Positions 45,861-58,032 of a stretch of DNA of 64,000 nucleotides are shown here, piece after piece. Location: positions 416,001 to 480,000 of the forward strand of contig CBDASK010000003.1 of the NCBI GenBank assembly GCA_965199495.1. Reading direction: 5' to 3'. Numbering within the stretch: position 1 is the stretch's first letter; each line of letters begins with the position of its first letter. Source of the DNA: Abditibacterium sp. (lineage in GTDB: Bacteria > Armatimonadota > Abditibacteriia > Abditibacteriales > Abditibacteriaceae). The notes beneath the pieces were generated by a model. The model ran no database searches, was not told the origin of the DNA, and worked only from the letters and a program-made list of their open reading frames with translations. The position numbers and the translations under genes are program-made.

Positions 45861-47561
45861 TTATGGAGTCGCGGGCAGAGTTCCCGGCCCAATGCCGGTC
45901 ACGGGCAAATCGCTCGATGGCGGGTTAATCGGCGGCACGACGTTGGGCGGAATCGTGTCATCGGGAATCGTTCCGGGTGCAGCCACGCCGGGCGGCGCAT
46001 CAGCGCCCGTTGGATTTGAAATCGGGCCAAATAACGTGGCGGGAGGCGCGGCACCTAACGCACTTTCGAGCGCCGCTTCGCCCGTGCGCGTGCCGACTAA
46101 AGCTTGCAAATACTCGGTTTGGACTTGGCGCAGAGTGCGTTGCGCGTCCAAAACTTCGAGATAAGTCGAGGCGCCCGCCGCATAACCGATTTGAGTTTTG
46201 CGCAGCAAATCGAGCGTTTGCGGCACGATCTCGGTGCGATACCGCTCGACGGTTTGCCGTTGCTGCTGCAAGCGAATCAACGCCTGTTCGACTTGCGTTG
46301 TCGCCTGTTGACGCAGGGCTTCTAATTGCGCTTGTTGAGCACGCACTTCGGCCTGTGCCGCCTTTTTCTCGCGGCCAATGCTGCCAAAATCGAAAATCGG
46401 AAGCGTAACTACCGCGCGCAGTGCCGTGCCGCTGGAACCGTCGAAAAAGCTGCCGCGCCGCGCTTGTAATTCGACTTCAGGCAATCGCTGGCGACTGATA
46501 GCATTGACCTGCGCCTGACGCGCTTCCAAAGTCGCCTGTGCGCTCACGATGTCGGGCCGCACCAACGCGCCCGGCAATAAAGCGTCGCGTTGCGCCACTA
46601 AATCCGAGCCGACCTGCGACGAGGCCGGAAGCGGTGCGCCACCGTTTGTCGTGGCGTTCGCCGCACCAACTGGCGCTGGTGAAACTGACACGTTAGGTAA
46701 CGCTGTGCGCGGCACGTTACCTTCGAGCGAGCCGCCCGCCGCAGGAGAATTGGCGTTCGTTGAGCCGCGAACGGTTGCCGTTGAATTTAACGGCAAAGTG
46801 GCAACAGGCACTTGCAGCACCGACGCGAAATCGGTGGCGAGGGGTAGCGAAACGCGGAGCGGCGTCTGCGGCGCGCGTCCGACGAGTTGATTCAAAGCGG
46901 CGCGGCGCGCCAAACGTTCGGCGCGCGCGGCATCGAGTTCGTCTTCGACGCGCGCGAGTTCGAGAGCGGCGCGTTGCGCTTGAACGGCGGGCACATCGCC
47001 AACCGAAGCGCGGCGCGCGGCGGCCTCACGGAACAATTGCGCGACTTGAACTTGTGTTGCACCCAGATTTTCGGCTTCCTGCGCGGCGAACAAATCGGCG
47101 ACCGCGTTTTTGACCTGAACCACCAGACTGCGCTCGGCCAAGGTGTTTTGCGCCTGCGCGCCGCGCACGTTGGCGGCGAAGACTTTAGCACTCGCGCGTC
47201 GTCTGCCGAACAGATCGAGCGGCTGCGAAATAATGATTTCGGTGTCGGCGGCGCCTCGGTCGCCGATGATGCGCGGCACGGCTTGAATCGTCGGGTTGAG
47301 AACCACGCGCGCACCGGCGGCGCGTTCTTTCGCGGCGGTCAGATTTTCGCGGGCGATGGGCAACTGCGGGTTATTTTGCAGTGCCATCTGAATCAGTTCT
47401 TCGACGGAAATTTCGGGTTCCGCCGCCAATTCGGGCGCAAATGCGACGACGGGCGGCGTGTTGGGCGCGGGCGGCAACTCAGTTTCTACGGACTGCGCGT
47501 GCGCGGCGGAAACTAACGCCAGGGGCGCGATGACTAAACAAACTTTGGGGAAAACGGACAC
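45861..47561 (-). CDS. TolC/CzcC outer-membrane efflux protein
   Basis: ALQNNPQL, SQPLDLFG, RPDI, LPIFD, GASTYLEVLDAQR; GGAGG RBS before GTG 47561 (start approximate). Confidence 0.9.
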   Translation of the reverse strand: MSVFPKVCLVIAPLALVSAAHAQSVETELPPAPNTPPVVAFAPELAAEPEISVEELIQMALQNNPQLPIARENLTAAKERAAGARVVLNPTIQAVPRIIGDRGAADTEIIISQPLDLFGRRRASAKVFAANVRGAQAQNTLAERSLVVQVKNAVADLFAAQEAENLGATQVQVAQLFREAAARRASVGDVPAVQAQRAALELARVEDELDAARAERLARRAALNQLVGRAPQTPLRVSLPLATDFASVLQVPVATLPLNSTATVRGSTNANSPAAGGSLEGNVPRTALPNVSVSPAPVGAANATTNGGAPLPASSQVGSDLVAQRDALLPGALVRPDIVSAQATLEARQAQVNAISRQRLPEVELQARRGSFFDGSSGTALRAVVTLPIFDFGSIGREKKAAQAEVRAQQAQLEALRQQATTQVEQALIRLQQQRQTVERYRTEIVPQTLDLLRKTQIGYAAGASTYLEVLDAQRTLRQVQTEYLQALVGTRTGEAALESALGAAPPATLFGPISNPTGADAPPGVAAPGTIPDDTIPPNVVPPINPPSSDLPVTGIGPGTLPATP

Positions 47562-47652
47562 AAAAAACCTCCACATTTCGCTCTGAAACGGCTTTAGCAA
47601 CGCGCCACAAGACGCGCGAAAAGCGAGGTCAAACTTCGAGAGTCGACCTGAT

Positions 47653-48204
47653 TCAGAGGGAAACGGGAGGGGCACGCCCAATCAAGGACGCGAGCGAAAG
47701 CCGTTGAGGTTTGCCAATTGGTGGCCCGGCGCGCGAGTTCAAACCGCGCAACGCATCGAAGCGGTAAATCGGCAACGCGCTGGCGGCGGCATAAATAACC
47801 GCGTGCAAATCGGCTTTGTGTTGGTGCGGCGAACCGATGGCGACAACAGTCGCGTTGACCGGTTCGCTCGAACAGGAACAGCAGGTCGCCGGAGCCTGTA
47901 ACGTCGCGGCTTTAACGGCAACTTGCGCGTGATCGTGATACTCGCTGGCGTCATCGGAGTGATGGGACGCGCCAGAATCTTCATCTGCGTGAGAGTGAGA
48001 TTCGCTCACTTCGACGCCGTGCGAATGCCCGCCCGCTTCGAGCGAACAATCCATCGAAGCCGCGAAAGGAGTCGAAACGAAAAGCAAGAGCGCCATCAAC
48101 AGCGGCCACGCCGGACGACGCACGCCGATGCGCCACAGAGCGACCAATCCGCCCCATAGCGCGGCGGAGATGTTTCCGCGTGCGTCGTTAGTTGGCTTTC
48201 TCAT
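47653..48204 (-). CDS. His/Cys-rich small exported protein (CzcI-like position)
   Basis: Hydrophobic segment, HSHG..HSH..HH, CCSC and terminal RAPP motif; first gene of the efflux operon. Confidence 0.65.
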   Translation of the reverse strand: MRKPTNDARGNISAALWGGLVALWRIGVRRPAWPLLMALLLFVSTPFAASMDCSLEAGGHSHGVEVSESHSHADEDSGASHHSDDASEYHDHAQVAVKAATLQAPATCCSCSSEPVNATVVAIGSPHQHKADLHAVIYAAASALPIYRFDALRGLNSRAGPPIGKPQRLSLASLIGRAPPVSL

Positions 48205-48269
48205 TTCGATTTTTGCCGTTGCGATTCGACCTGAGCAAAATTTTACGACAGTTGGACGCGTCCTGCAAT

Positions 48270-48286
48270 ATACGCCAGATGGGTAT
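48270..48286. promoter_or_regulatory. CsoR-like operator
   Basis: ATACGCCAGATGGGTAT (ATAC-N9-GTAT) between divergent metal genes. Confidence 0.55.
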
Positions 48287-48451
48287 AACGCAAACAACAG
48301 AACTGGGTTCCTGTTTAGTGGATTCCGACTCAGCTATGGCGCCCGCGAAATCATAACTTTGAAGACAATTTCAAACGTGCATCAACATCTTTGCATTGAC
48401 CAAGGCAGCGATTTTCATTTATCATGGAGAAAATTTATAAGTTCATCTCAC

Positions 48452-48811
48452 ATGAAAAATATCCTGCCTTACACTCTTTCTTTCGCCCTGCTGGGAGCGG
48501 CATTGGGCGCCGGAAGCACTTACGCTTTAATCCGACAAAATGAGAAGCCGCTTTTGACGGTGGATCATAGCTCGATGCAAATGGCCTCTAATTCTATGGC
48601 AGACGGATTGAAAGGCAAAACCGGCGATGAGTTCGATAAAGCGTTTATTTCGCAGATGATCGAACACCACGAAGGCGCCGTCACAATGGCAGTGCAGGCG
48701 CACCAAAACGCGCGTCACGACGAAATCAAAGCGATGGCCGAAGATATTATCAGCGCGCAAACCCGCGAAATCGATCAGATGAGAAATTGGCAGAAGCAGT
48801 GGGGTTATTAA
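48452..48811 (+). CDS. DUF305 (CopM-like) protein
   Basis: FDKAFISQMIEHHEGAVTMA...IISAQTREIDQM; start ATG 48452. Confidence 0.88.
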   Translation: MKNILPYTLSFALLGAALGAGSTYALIRQNEKPLLTVDHSSMQMASNSMADGLKGKTGDEFDKAFISQMIEHHEGAVTMAVQAHQNARHDEIKAMAEDIISAQTREIDQMRNWQKQWGY

Positions 48812-48952
48812 TCGGCATCTTGCCTTGATAATAGCAGTGAAGATTTGGCCGACGCGCAAATCGCCGGGCCGCGTGGTGATTTACGCGTTGCCGTGAAACC
48901 AAAAACACCCGTTCGGCTCTCGCGGAACGGGTGTTTTAATTGCGACTTTTCT

Positions 48953-50008
48953 CTACTGCACTACGTTGAACACGCGCGCCATGCCGACTGGCGAACCGTC
49001 GGGGCCGCTCATCATCGAGTTGCTGGTGTGATGCGGGACGTGGCAGTGAAACAGCCATTTGCCCGGTTTGTCGGGCGTGAACTCGGCCTCGAAGAAGTTG
49101 CCCGGCCCTTCGTCTTCGGTCGTGACCTGGAACTGTGCGGCGGCGGGGACTTCGTGGCCGTTGTTGGAGACGACGGTCATGTCGAAGTCGTGCTGGTGCA
49201 TCGAGTGGAACTGGTTGCTGGCGTTGTAGATGCGAATGCGAACCTTTTCGCCCACGCGCGCGGGCAGTTCCGAAGCGGCGTCGCGTGTTTTGCCGTTGAT
49301 GGTGTGGGTATTGAAGTCGCCTGTGCCCGGTGGAAATGGCATCACCGGCTGGCCCTCGCCCGGAATGAAGAACTGCTGAAGCACCATCGCGTAGTCGCGG
49401 TCAACGTGTTTGCTGACCGATTCTTTACGCGGCAACACCAGCAGAAATCCGTCCAAACCTTTCAACTCCTGCACCGCGCTATCGAAGTGAGAATGGTAGG
49501 CAAAAGTGCCGGTGTGTTGGGGCGTGAATTCGTAGGTGTAGGTTTCGCCGGGCGCAATGGGATTTAACTGGCTGATGCCAGCCACGCCGTCGTCTTCGTT
49601 GGGCGCGTGCGCGCCGTGAAAGTGAACCGTCGTAGGTTCGGGCAGTTCGTTTTTGACCACGAAACGCAATTTTTCGCCCTCGTAGGCGATGGCAGTCGGC
49701 CCTGGCGTTGAACCGTTGTAGCCCCACACTTCGGCGGTCTGATTAGGGAAAGTTTCGATCTTTTGCTTGAAGACCTGCGCGGTCAGATGAAACTCGCGCG
49801 CGCCATTGACCATCGTCGAGGCCAAATCCGGCACATCGGGCGTGATCGGCATCGTGGGCGCAACCTGTTGGGACGATCCCGATCCGGTCGAACCCGTGTT
49901 GCTGGTGAGGCCGCTTCCGCCGCCGCCACATCCGCTCAGGGCGGCCAGAATCATCGAACCGACCAGCACAAACTTCAAAGACTTCTCGAAATAGAACAAT
50001 ACAATCAA
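48953..50008 (-). CDS. Two-domain multicopper oxidase lipoprotein
   Basis: LSGC lipobox; GYNGSTPGP, HFHG, YHSH, HSMHQH, HCHVPHH. Confidence 0.9.
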   Translation of the reverse strand: MIVLFYFEKSLKFVLVGSMILAALSGCGGGGSGLTSNTGSTGSGSSQQVAPTMPITPDVPDLASTMVNGAREFHLTAQVFKQKIETFPNQTAEVWGYNGSTPGPTAIAYEGEKLRFVVKNELPEPTTVHFHGAHAPNEDDGVAGISQLNPIAPGETYTYEFTPQHTGTFAYHSHFDSAVQELKGLDGFLLVLPRKESVSKHVDRDYAMVLQQFFIPGEGQPVMPFPPGTGDFNTHTINGKTRDAASELPARVGEKVRIRIYNASNQFHSMHQHDFDMTVVSNNGHEVPAAAQFQVTTEDEGPGNFFEAEFTPDKPGKWLFHCHVPHHTSNSMMSGPDGSPVGMARVFNVVQ

Positions 50009-50085
50009 CTCCTCGCGTTTGGTAACGCACTGCGAAAAAGTCAGAGTTGGAGTCGAAAGAAGTCGGACAGCACCGCTATCGCCTC

Positions 50086-50102
50086 ATACCCTGCGGACGT
50101 AT
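50086..50102. promoter_or_regulatory. CsoR-like operator
   Basis: ATACCCTGCGGACGTAT upstream of the multicopper oxidase. Confidence 0.5.
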
Positions 50103-50290
50103 TTTATAGAGAGAATGAAGGGCTGTCAAGGGAAATTTGAAGGTTATTTTTCAGGTGAACGCGCGGCCAACGGGAGTTGGCGCCCAGACTTGGAACAGCG
50201 ATGAATTTTAACTCGAAATCCACGCCGCGCGAACCTTTGCCGTAACCCTTGTGAAGCAGTAGGGTTTCCCCTCAATTGCTGTTTTTTACG

Positions 50291-50342
50291 ATACCCTGGC
50301 ATGGTATCCGCAATTATGCGTATATTACTCCAACCGGAGTAA
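50291..50342. promoter_or_regulatory. CsoR-like operator pair upstream of copper storage gene
   Basis: ATACCCTGGCATGGTAT (50291-50307) and TTACTCC-AACC-GGAGTAA (50325-50342). Confidence 0.6.
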
Positions 50343-50352
50343 AGGAAACACC

Positions 50353-50688
50353 ATGCAAACACTTTCTTCCGAGATGCAGACCTGCATCCAAAACTGCCTC
50401 GAATGTCATGCGACCTGCCTCAATATGCTTTCCAATCACTGTTTGGAAGCGGGCGGCAAGCACGTTGAGCCGAAGCACTTCAAGTTGATGATGGATTGCG
50501 CGCAAATCTGCATCACCAGCGCCGACTTCATGTTGCGCCAATCGGATCATCACCCGCATATCTGCGCCGAGTGCGCCGAAATCTGCACGGCGTGTGCCGA
50601 TTCGTGCGATGCCGTTGGCGATATGCAAGCGTGCGCCGACGCCTGTCGTAAGTGCGCCGCGAGTTGTGGCGCGATGGCCAAGAGCTAA
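50353..50688 (+). CDS. Four-helix bundle copper storage protein (DUF326/Csp3-like)
   Basis: Repeated CxxxCxxC pattern over 111 aa; no signal peptide. Confidence 0.92.
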   Translation: MQTLSSEMQTCIQNCLECHATCLNMLSNHCLEAGGKHVEPKHFKLMMDCAQICITSADFMLRQSDHHPHICAECAEICTACADSCDAVGDMQACADACRKCAASCGAMAKS

Positions 50689-50770
50689 CGCTCGCCGCCG
50701 ATCCAATGCGCCCGAAGCTCGCATCCGACTTCGGGCGCATTTTGCCGCCTTCCTCTCGGATGCTCACACC

Positions 50771-52378
50771 ATGTCTCACACACTTCTGAAAAAGTCTTTG
50801 ATCGCGCCCGCCTTCGGTCTGGGCGCCGCGCTCGTCCTCTCCGGCGCATCCGCACCCAACGCGGGGGCTGAACCGCGCGACGAAGTTTCGTATATGCGCG
50901 GGCCGCAAAACGCGGGCGGTCGCGCTTTCTTTCAACGTATGCCGGAATCGGAAAGTTACTCGGCGGGCTTCCACTATCATCACGGCAAAGAACACGATGT
51001 GCTGGCCAGGACGCCTTACGACGAGATGTCGAAAACCGATCACGACTTCAACGTTTCGGTGACCAACTTCATCTACGAGAAAAAGGCCAAGACCGGGCCT
51101 TCGATGGAGCTTTACGGGCCGTATACCGCGCGGCTGGCGTGGGATTTATTTCGCACCATCGACTGGACTCACGAACATCACGAACAGACCTACGATGTTA
51201 TGGCCTCCAGGAGCGTGCCCTACGCTCAGAAAAAGGCGATGACCGATAAAGCCGTGCGCTACTATCTGGAGAAGAACCCCGACGTGGCTCGTTCGATTGC
51301 GCCGCTCGACATTACCATGCGGCGCGCGGGCGTGATGATGAAGCCGTATTTCACCTTGTATCGCAACTACTCGCCCGAAAGCAATTCGGTGGCGTGGGTG
51401 GCGCACTGGTGGCATCCGGCGATTTACGAGGCGCAGATCATGGGCGGCAACGGCCCGCTTCAAGATCAGATGGTTGATCAGACCAACAAAACGATGTTCA
51501 ACCAGTTCTTCGCGGTGCGGCCCGAACGCATGATTTTGTCGCGCGAACTGATGCCGCGCTATTCGCGCATGAGTCCCGAAACCGCCAACATTTTCGACAA
51601 CCTGCATATGCTGCACGGCATCACCTACGACATCATGTTGTATAAGGGCTACACGCCGCAGCAAAAGCGCGACGAATTGTATCGCGTCATCAAGGCGATG
51701 GGTTATCAGCCGGGCGACGAGAAGTATGTCCGCAAATTCACCGAGCCGCATCCCGATGTTGACCCGCGCGTTTACGAGCCTTGGATGGGCACTTACGAGG
51801 GCGAGATGAGCCGCATCATGGGCGAAATGCTGGACGAGATGATGCCGATGATGATGCCGGGCATTTCGGACGAGGATAAGGCGCGCGTTATGGAACAGTT
51901 CAAGCTCAAGAATATGCAGGGCATTCAGTCGGGCGAGAAACCCGGCAGCTTGATGGACGCTTTGAAAGCGGTCTATCCGCAGATGAAGATGAACCCGGAA
52001 ACTATGAAAGCCGGAGTCGAGCCGACGATGATGGTGAACATGATGCTCAAGGGCTGGATGGAGAAATACGCCGATATGCCCGACATCCCCGCTTACGACA
52101 TGAGCGTGGAGCCAGCCACGGCGCCGGTCTTACCAGTTGAGTATCAGAAGTTGATGGATTCGTGGCCCAAAATTGGTGAACCGCAATACGGTCTGATCGC
52201 GCGTCAGGCGATGCCGACGGTCGAAAACACAACGCCCGAAGGCGTCGCCGCGCAGTTGGCGATGATCAACGCGCAGAACGGCGCCGCCGTCGCCGATACG
52301 CAAGGCAAAACCGGCATCGCGCGCCCGCAGTTCGATCCCAAAACCGCGCCGATGATGATGGCCAAAGCCAGCAAATAA
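50771..52378 (+). CDS. Exported Met/His-rich protein of unknown function
   Basis: Signal peptide; HYHH, HEHHEQ, HWWH, FDNLHMLHG; very Met-rich C-half. Confidence 0.8.
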   Translation: MSHTLLKKSLIAPAFGLGAALVLSGASAPNAGAEPRDEVSYMRGPQNAGGRAFFQRMPESESYSAGFHYHHGKEHDVLARTPYDEMSKTDHDFNVSVTNFIYEKKAKTGPSMELYGPYTARLAWDLFRTIDWTHEHHEQTYDVMASRSVPYAQKKAMTDKAVRYYLEKNPDVARSIAPLDITMRRAGVMMKPYFTLYRNYSPESNSVAWVAHWWHPAIYEAQIMGGNGPLQDQMVDQTNKTMFNQFFAVRPERMILSRELMPRYSRMSPETANIFDNLHMLHGITYDIMLYKGYTPQQKRDELYRVIKAMGYQPGDEKYVRKFTEPHPDVDPRVYEPWMGTYEGEMSRIMGEMLDEMMPMMMPGISDEDKARVMEQFKLKNMQGIQSGEKPGSLMDALKAVYPQMKMNPETMKAGVEPTMMVNMMLKGWMEKYADMPDIPAYDMSVEPATAPVLPVEYQKLMDSWPKIGEPQYGLIARQAMPTVENTTPEGVAAQLAMINAQNGAAVADTQGKTGIARPQFDPKTAPMMMAKASK

Positions 52379-52443
52379 GTCTCGCGTGGGGCGGCTGATG
52401 TTCGAGCTAACTCAGCCACCGCGCCACGAATCCCCCTTCTAAC

Positions 52444-53199
52444 ATGAACAAATCTCACATTCTCTTCGGCGTGGCTGCATCGGTTGTGCTGGCATCAACG
52501 GCGCACGCCGACGATCACATTAACCTGGAGCCGGGTCTGCCGCTCGAAGTCGAAGACGCCTACGCGACCGGTTATCTCAACCGCGAGTTTCAATTGTCGG
52601 GCCGCTACGAGCGCACCGCCGAGGGCAAAAACCAATACACCGTTGATCCGCGTTTGGAATACGGTTTCGCGCGCAACTGGCAGGCGCGCATCCGCGTGCC
52701 GTTTATCTTGGGGAGCGGCGATAAGCGCGGTTCGGGCGACATCGGCGCCGAGGTTTTCTATAACTTCAACACCGAGAGTCTGAAACTTCCGGCATTCGCC
52801 GCTTCGGTCAACTTAACCGCTCCAACGGGCCGCGACTCGTCGGGCATTGACACCGAGTTCAAACTGATCGCCACCAAAAGTCTGGGCTATGCCGAGAAGT
52901 TGCAGCGCGTTCACCTGAATTTGACTTACTTCAACAACGCCAGCGCGCGCGCCGACGAGCGTTCCAACGGTTACGCGGCGGTCGTGGGTTACAGTCAGCG
53001 CGTCGGGCCGCAAACGATTTTCCTCGCCGATTATGTGCGCCAACAGCAGAAGGAACGCAGTGTAACCTACGATCTCCTCGAAGTCGGCCTGCGCTATCAA
53101 AAGACGCCACTGACAACTCTATCCCTCGGTTTGGGCACTGGCGTCAGCAAAGACTCTCCCGATTTTCGCGCGACATTGGGTCTGCAACGCTCGTTCTAA
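52444..53199 (+). CDS. Outer-membrane beta-barrel protein
   Basis: Signal peptide, alternating amphipathic strands, C-terminal Phe (LGLQRSF). Confidence 0.8.
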   Translation: MNKSHILFGVAASVVLASTAHADDHINLEPGLPLEVEDAYATGYLNREFQLSGRYERTAEGKNQYTVDPRLEYGFARNWQARIRVPFILGSGDKRGSGDIGAEVFYNFNTESLKLPAFAASVNLTAPTGRDSSGIDTEFKLIATKSLGYAEKLQRVHLNLTYFNNASARADERSNGYAAVVGYSQRVGPQTIFLADYVRQQQKERSVTYDLLEVGLRYQKTPLTTLSLGLGTGVSKDSPDFRATLGLQRSF

Positions 53200-53266
53200 A
53201 TCGAACTCGTGACATCAAAAATCTGGCGAATTATTCGCCGGGCTTTGGTGTTTGTGGGATTAGGAG

Positions 53267-53982
53267 TTAGTCGCTCATGCCGAGCAGCAAAAACAGCAGA
53301 AAGCCGCCGAAAAATGCGGCGGTCAGCCAAGGCAATTCGGGTTCTTCGTGGGCTTCGACCAACAACTCTTCGGTGACCAAAAACAAAAGCGCGGCCAGGC
53401 CAAACGATAAGACCAGTTCGATCCATTCGTCGCTCAGGCTGGAAAGTAGCGTCGCGCCCGCTCCGGCGCCGACCAGAAACAGCAGTGCTAAACCCGAAAC
53501 GGTGCCGAGATTACGTGCGCGGCTCAAGCCCGCCTGTCCCAGCGCCGCCGCCGTTGCCAAGCCCAGTGATAACAGTTCGGTCGCCAGCGCCAGCGTCAGC
53601 AAAACGCCCTCTTTCTGGCCCGCCGCGAAACCGATGCCCAAAAGCAATCCGTCAACGGCGATGTCCACGCCCACGCCAAATAACAGCCCATTTGACGCGC
53701 CTCCGTCGTTTTCTTCGCCGCCCGCTTTGCGCTCGTTCCAAGCGCGCACTCCCAACGGCACAGCCACGCCCAGAGCGAAACCGATGGCGACTTCGAGCGG
53801 GCGATGGCGCGACACTACATCGGGCAACAGTTCGACGGCCACGACCGAAAACACCACGCCCGCCGCGAAGTGCAGGATCGCGCTGCGCCATTTGGAGTTG
53901 GGCGGGCGCCAGACCGCGACCGCGCCGCCGATGATCATGGTGGTGACCGGCAGTAAAGCGAAAAGAAAAATTTGCCAGAAGT

Positions 53983-53986
<4 letters not shown>
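53267..53986 (-). CDS. ZIP-family metal transporter
   Basis: LHFAAGVV..ELLP, VDIAVDG, LFLVTEELLVEAH; start overlaps the ATPase stop (ATGA). Confidence 0.85.
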
Positions 53987-56181
<2,195 letters not shown>

Positions 56182-56203
56182 GAGAAATTTGAATGTCGAG
56201 GGG

Positions 56204-56235
56204 TTGACCCTCAAGCAACTGGAGGCATTTATAAT
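56204..56235 (+). promoter_or_regulatory. MerR-type long-spacer promoter with dyad operator
   Basis: TTGACC-20 nt-TATAAT containing CCTCAAG-CAA-CTGGAGG. Confidence 0.8.
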
Positions 56236-56258
56236 GCTTTTAGGAGGAAGGTTGAGCT

Positions 56259-56945
56259 ATGCAAATCGGAGAATTGGCCAGGCAAACGGGTAAAAGCGTG
56301 GCGGCGCTGCGCTACTACGAGCAGGTCGGCTTGCTTTTGCCATCGCAGCGCACCGAAGCGGGCTACCGGCGCTATGAGGCCGCAGCGGTGGAGCGCGTGC
56401 GCTTTATCGCCGAGGCCCAGGCGCGCGGCTTTTCGCTGCGGGAAATCAAGGCGCTGTTGTTCCTGAGTGACACAGGGCAGACACCTTGTCCAAGCGTCGC
56501 GCGAGCAGCTCGCAAAAAGGTCGAGCGTCTGGAACGACGCATCGAGCAGTTGCGCGAGCGGCGCGCTTTGCTGTTGGAAGCGGTTCGGCTGTGGGAGGCC
56601 GGATTGTTGCCCACCGCTCCGTTTTGCCCAATGCTCAACGTTCTCCCCAATTCCGATCAAAGGAGGTGTATAAGCATGAAACGATCAATAGAAGTGTTCA
56701 TCGCGGGCTGCCCGTTGTGCGACGAGGCCGTAAAGCTGGTCAAGTCAACGGCGTGCCCCAGTTGCGAAGTCAAGGTCTACGACCTACGCGAAGGCTGCGC
56801 GACCGATGAGTGCCGCGAGTTGGCGGCGCGCTACGGCGTCAAAACGGTTCCGAGCGTGGTGGTGGACGGCCAGATGGCTGACTGCTGCCAATCCGGTGGC
56901 GTGACCGAGGCCGGACTGCGCGCGGCGGGCGTCGGTGCCGGATAA
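56259..56945 (+). CDS. MerR-family regulator fused in frame to thioredoxin/glutaredoxin-like domain
   Basis: MQIGELA..LRYYEQ.GLL..GYRRY..GFSLREI; second domain IEVFIAGCPLC..VPSVVVDG..CC with its own AGGAGG + ATG at 56676. Confidence 0.88.
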   Translation: MQIGELARQTGKSVAALRYYEQVGLLLPSQRTEAGYRRYEAAAVERVRFIAEAQARGFSLREIKALLFLSDTGQTPCPSVARAARKKVERLERRIEQLRERRALLLEAVRLWEAGLLPTAPFCPMLNVLPNSDQRRCISMKRSIEVFIAGCPLCDEAVKLVKSTACPSCEVKVYDLREGCATDECRELAARYGVKTVPSVVVDGQMADCCQSGGVTEAGLRAAGVGAG

Positions 56946-56952
56946 GGCACCG

Positions 56953-56989
56953 CGAAAAGTTGGGATGGGTTGCTCATCCCAACTTTTCG
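56953..56989. terminator. Bidirectional hairpin/terminator
   Basis: 15-bp perfect stem CGAAAAGTTGGGATG...CATCCCAACTTTTCG between convergent units. Confidence 0.7.
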
Positions 56990-57026
56990 TGCGCGCAACT
57001 CTTGGGCAGCGTCGCCGTCCATACGG

Positions 57027-57119
57027 CTCGACGCTTTCCATGCGCGCCAGCCGATTGCGGATAAGTTGCTCTTCGGTCGGGCAGTCCATGCCCGCGACAT
57101 AAAAGGTGGATTGTTTCAT
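57027..57119 (-). pseudogene. 5' fragment of a second CadA-like ATPase
   Basis: Encodes MKQSTFYVAGMDCPTEEQLIRNRL..; 57057-57120 matches 56119-56182 at 61/64 nt. Confidence 0.8.
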
Positions 57120-57136
57120 GGGATTTAAAGTGACTT

Positions 57137-57739
57137 TTAGGTTTGCTCTGACGAGGCGTCGCGCCACGAATCGAAACCCGAATAGAGTGCCACGCCCGCA
57201 ATAGCCAACGCTACGACCGGATCGGCCCACCACCAGCCAAAGAGCGCGTTCAACCCCAATCCTATCAGAAGACTGAGCGAAAGGTAATTGGAAATGCGAG
57301 TTTCCTGGGCCTGAGCCAGCACGATTTTGTTGTTCGATGCGCGCCCGTAGCGATCCTGAGCGAGCGCAATGGGAACCATGAACAACAACGCCACCACGTT
57401 GAGGCCGATGCCCAACGGAGAAGGTTGTGGGTCGCTTGCGCCAAACAGCGTTCGCAGCGACTCAAAGGTGACATAAGCCGCCAGCAAAAAGAAGGTGGCC
57501 GCGATAAATCGCAAGGCTTTCTCTTGACGCGCCCCGCCGCGCAACTGCCAGATCACGATGCCAGCGGCCATCACTTCGATGGCCGAGTCCAACCCAAAAC
57601 CCACCAGAGCTACCGAACCCGCGCGCAGACCCGCCGTGACCGCAACGGTGCCCTCGATCACGTCCCACACCACGATAAACCACGCGAGAAACAAAGCCCG
57701 GCGCAGAGCGGTTTGCTCGTTCATCGGCGGTGACTCCAT
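57137..57739 (-). CDS. CDF-like cation transporter (TM domain only)
   Basis: AGSVALVGFGLDSAIE, WWWADPVVAL; six TM helices. Confidence 0.85.
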   Translation of the reverse strand: MESPPMNEQTALRRALFLAWFIVVWDVIEGTVAVTAGLRAGSVALVGFGLDSAIEVMAAGIVIWQLRGGARQEKALRFIAATFFLLAAYVTFESLRTLFGASDPQPSPLGIGLNVVALLFMVPIALAQDRYGRASNNKIVLAQAQETRISNYLSLSLLIGLGLNALFGWWWADPVVALAIAGVALYSGFDSWRDASSEQT

Positions 57740-58029
57740 GCTTTCGGATCATCGTCAAAGCCGTTGTCCCGGCAACACTTGGCCAAGCGGCGCGGCGCGC
57801 AAGCGTGCCCGTCGTGCGCCCGGTCTTTGGGCACGATTTTCGGCGCGAATGGAGCTTGCGGTTGGTCACTTGCTCCGGCAGGAAGTTCGTGGGCTACGGC
57901 TTTGATGGCGGGCGCGGCCAAGGCCGGTTGAGTCATCTGCGGTTCTTCGCCCACGCAACTCCAGGGCAACGTCATGGCGATTACGCTCACGGCGCCCAGG
58001 CGGGCGCATTTGAAAAGTGTGGAATTCAT
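57721..58029 (-). CDS. Hypothetical exported small protein
   Basis: Fits the operon between neighbours; hydrophobic N-terminus, C..CC. Confidence 0.45.
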   Translation of the reverse strand: MNSTLFKCARLGAVSVIAMTLPWSCVGEEPQMTQPALAAPAIKAVAHELPAGASDQPQAPFAPKIVPKDRAHDGHACAPRRLAKCCRDNGFDDDPKAWSHRR

Positions 58030-58032
58030 GGT

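Noticed and set aside
56784..57233. 149-aa minus-strand ORF
   Set aside because: Chimeric read-through around the cadA relic, overlapping real genes on both sides.
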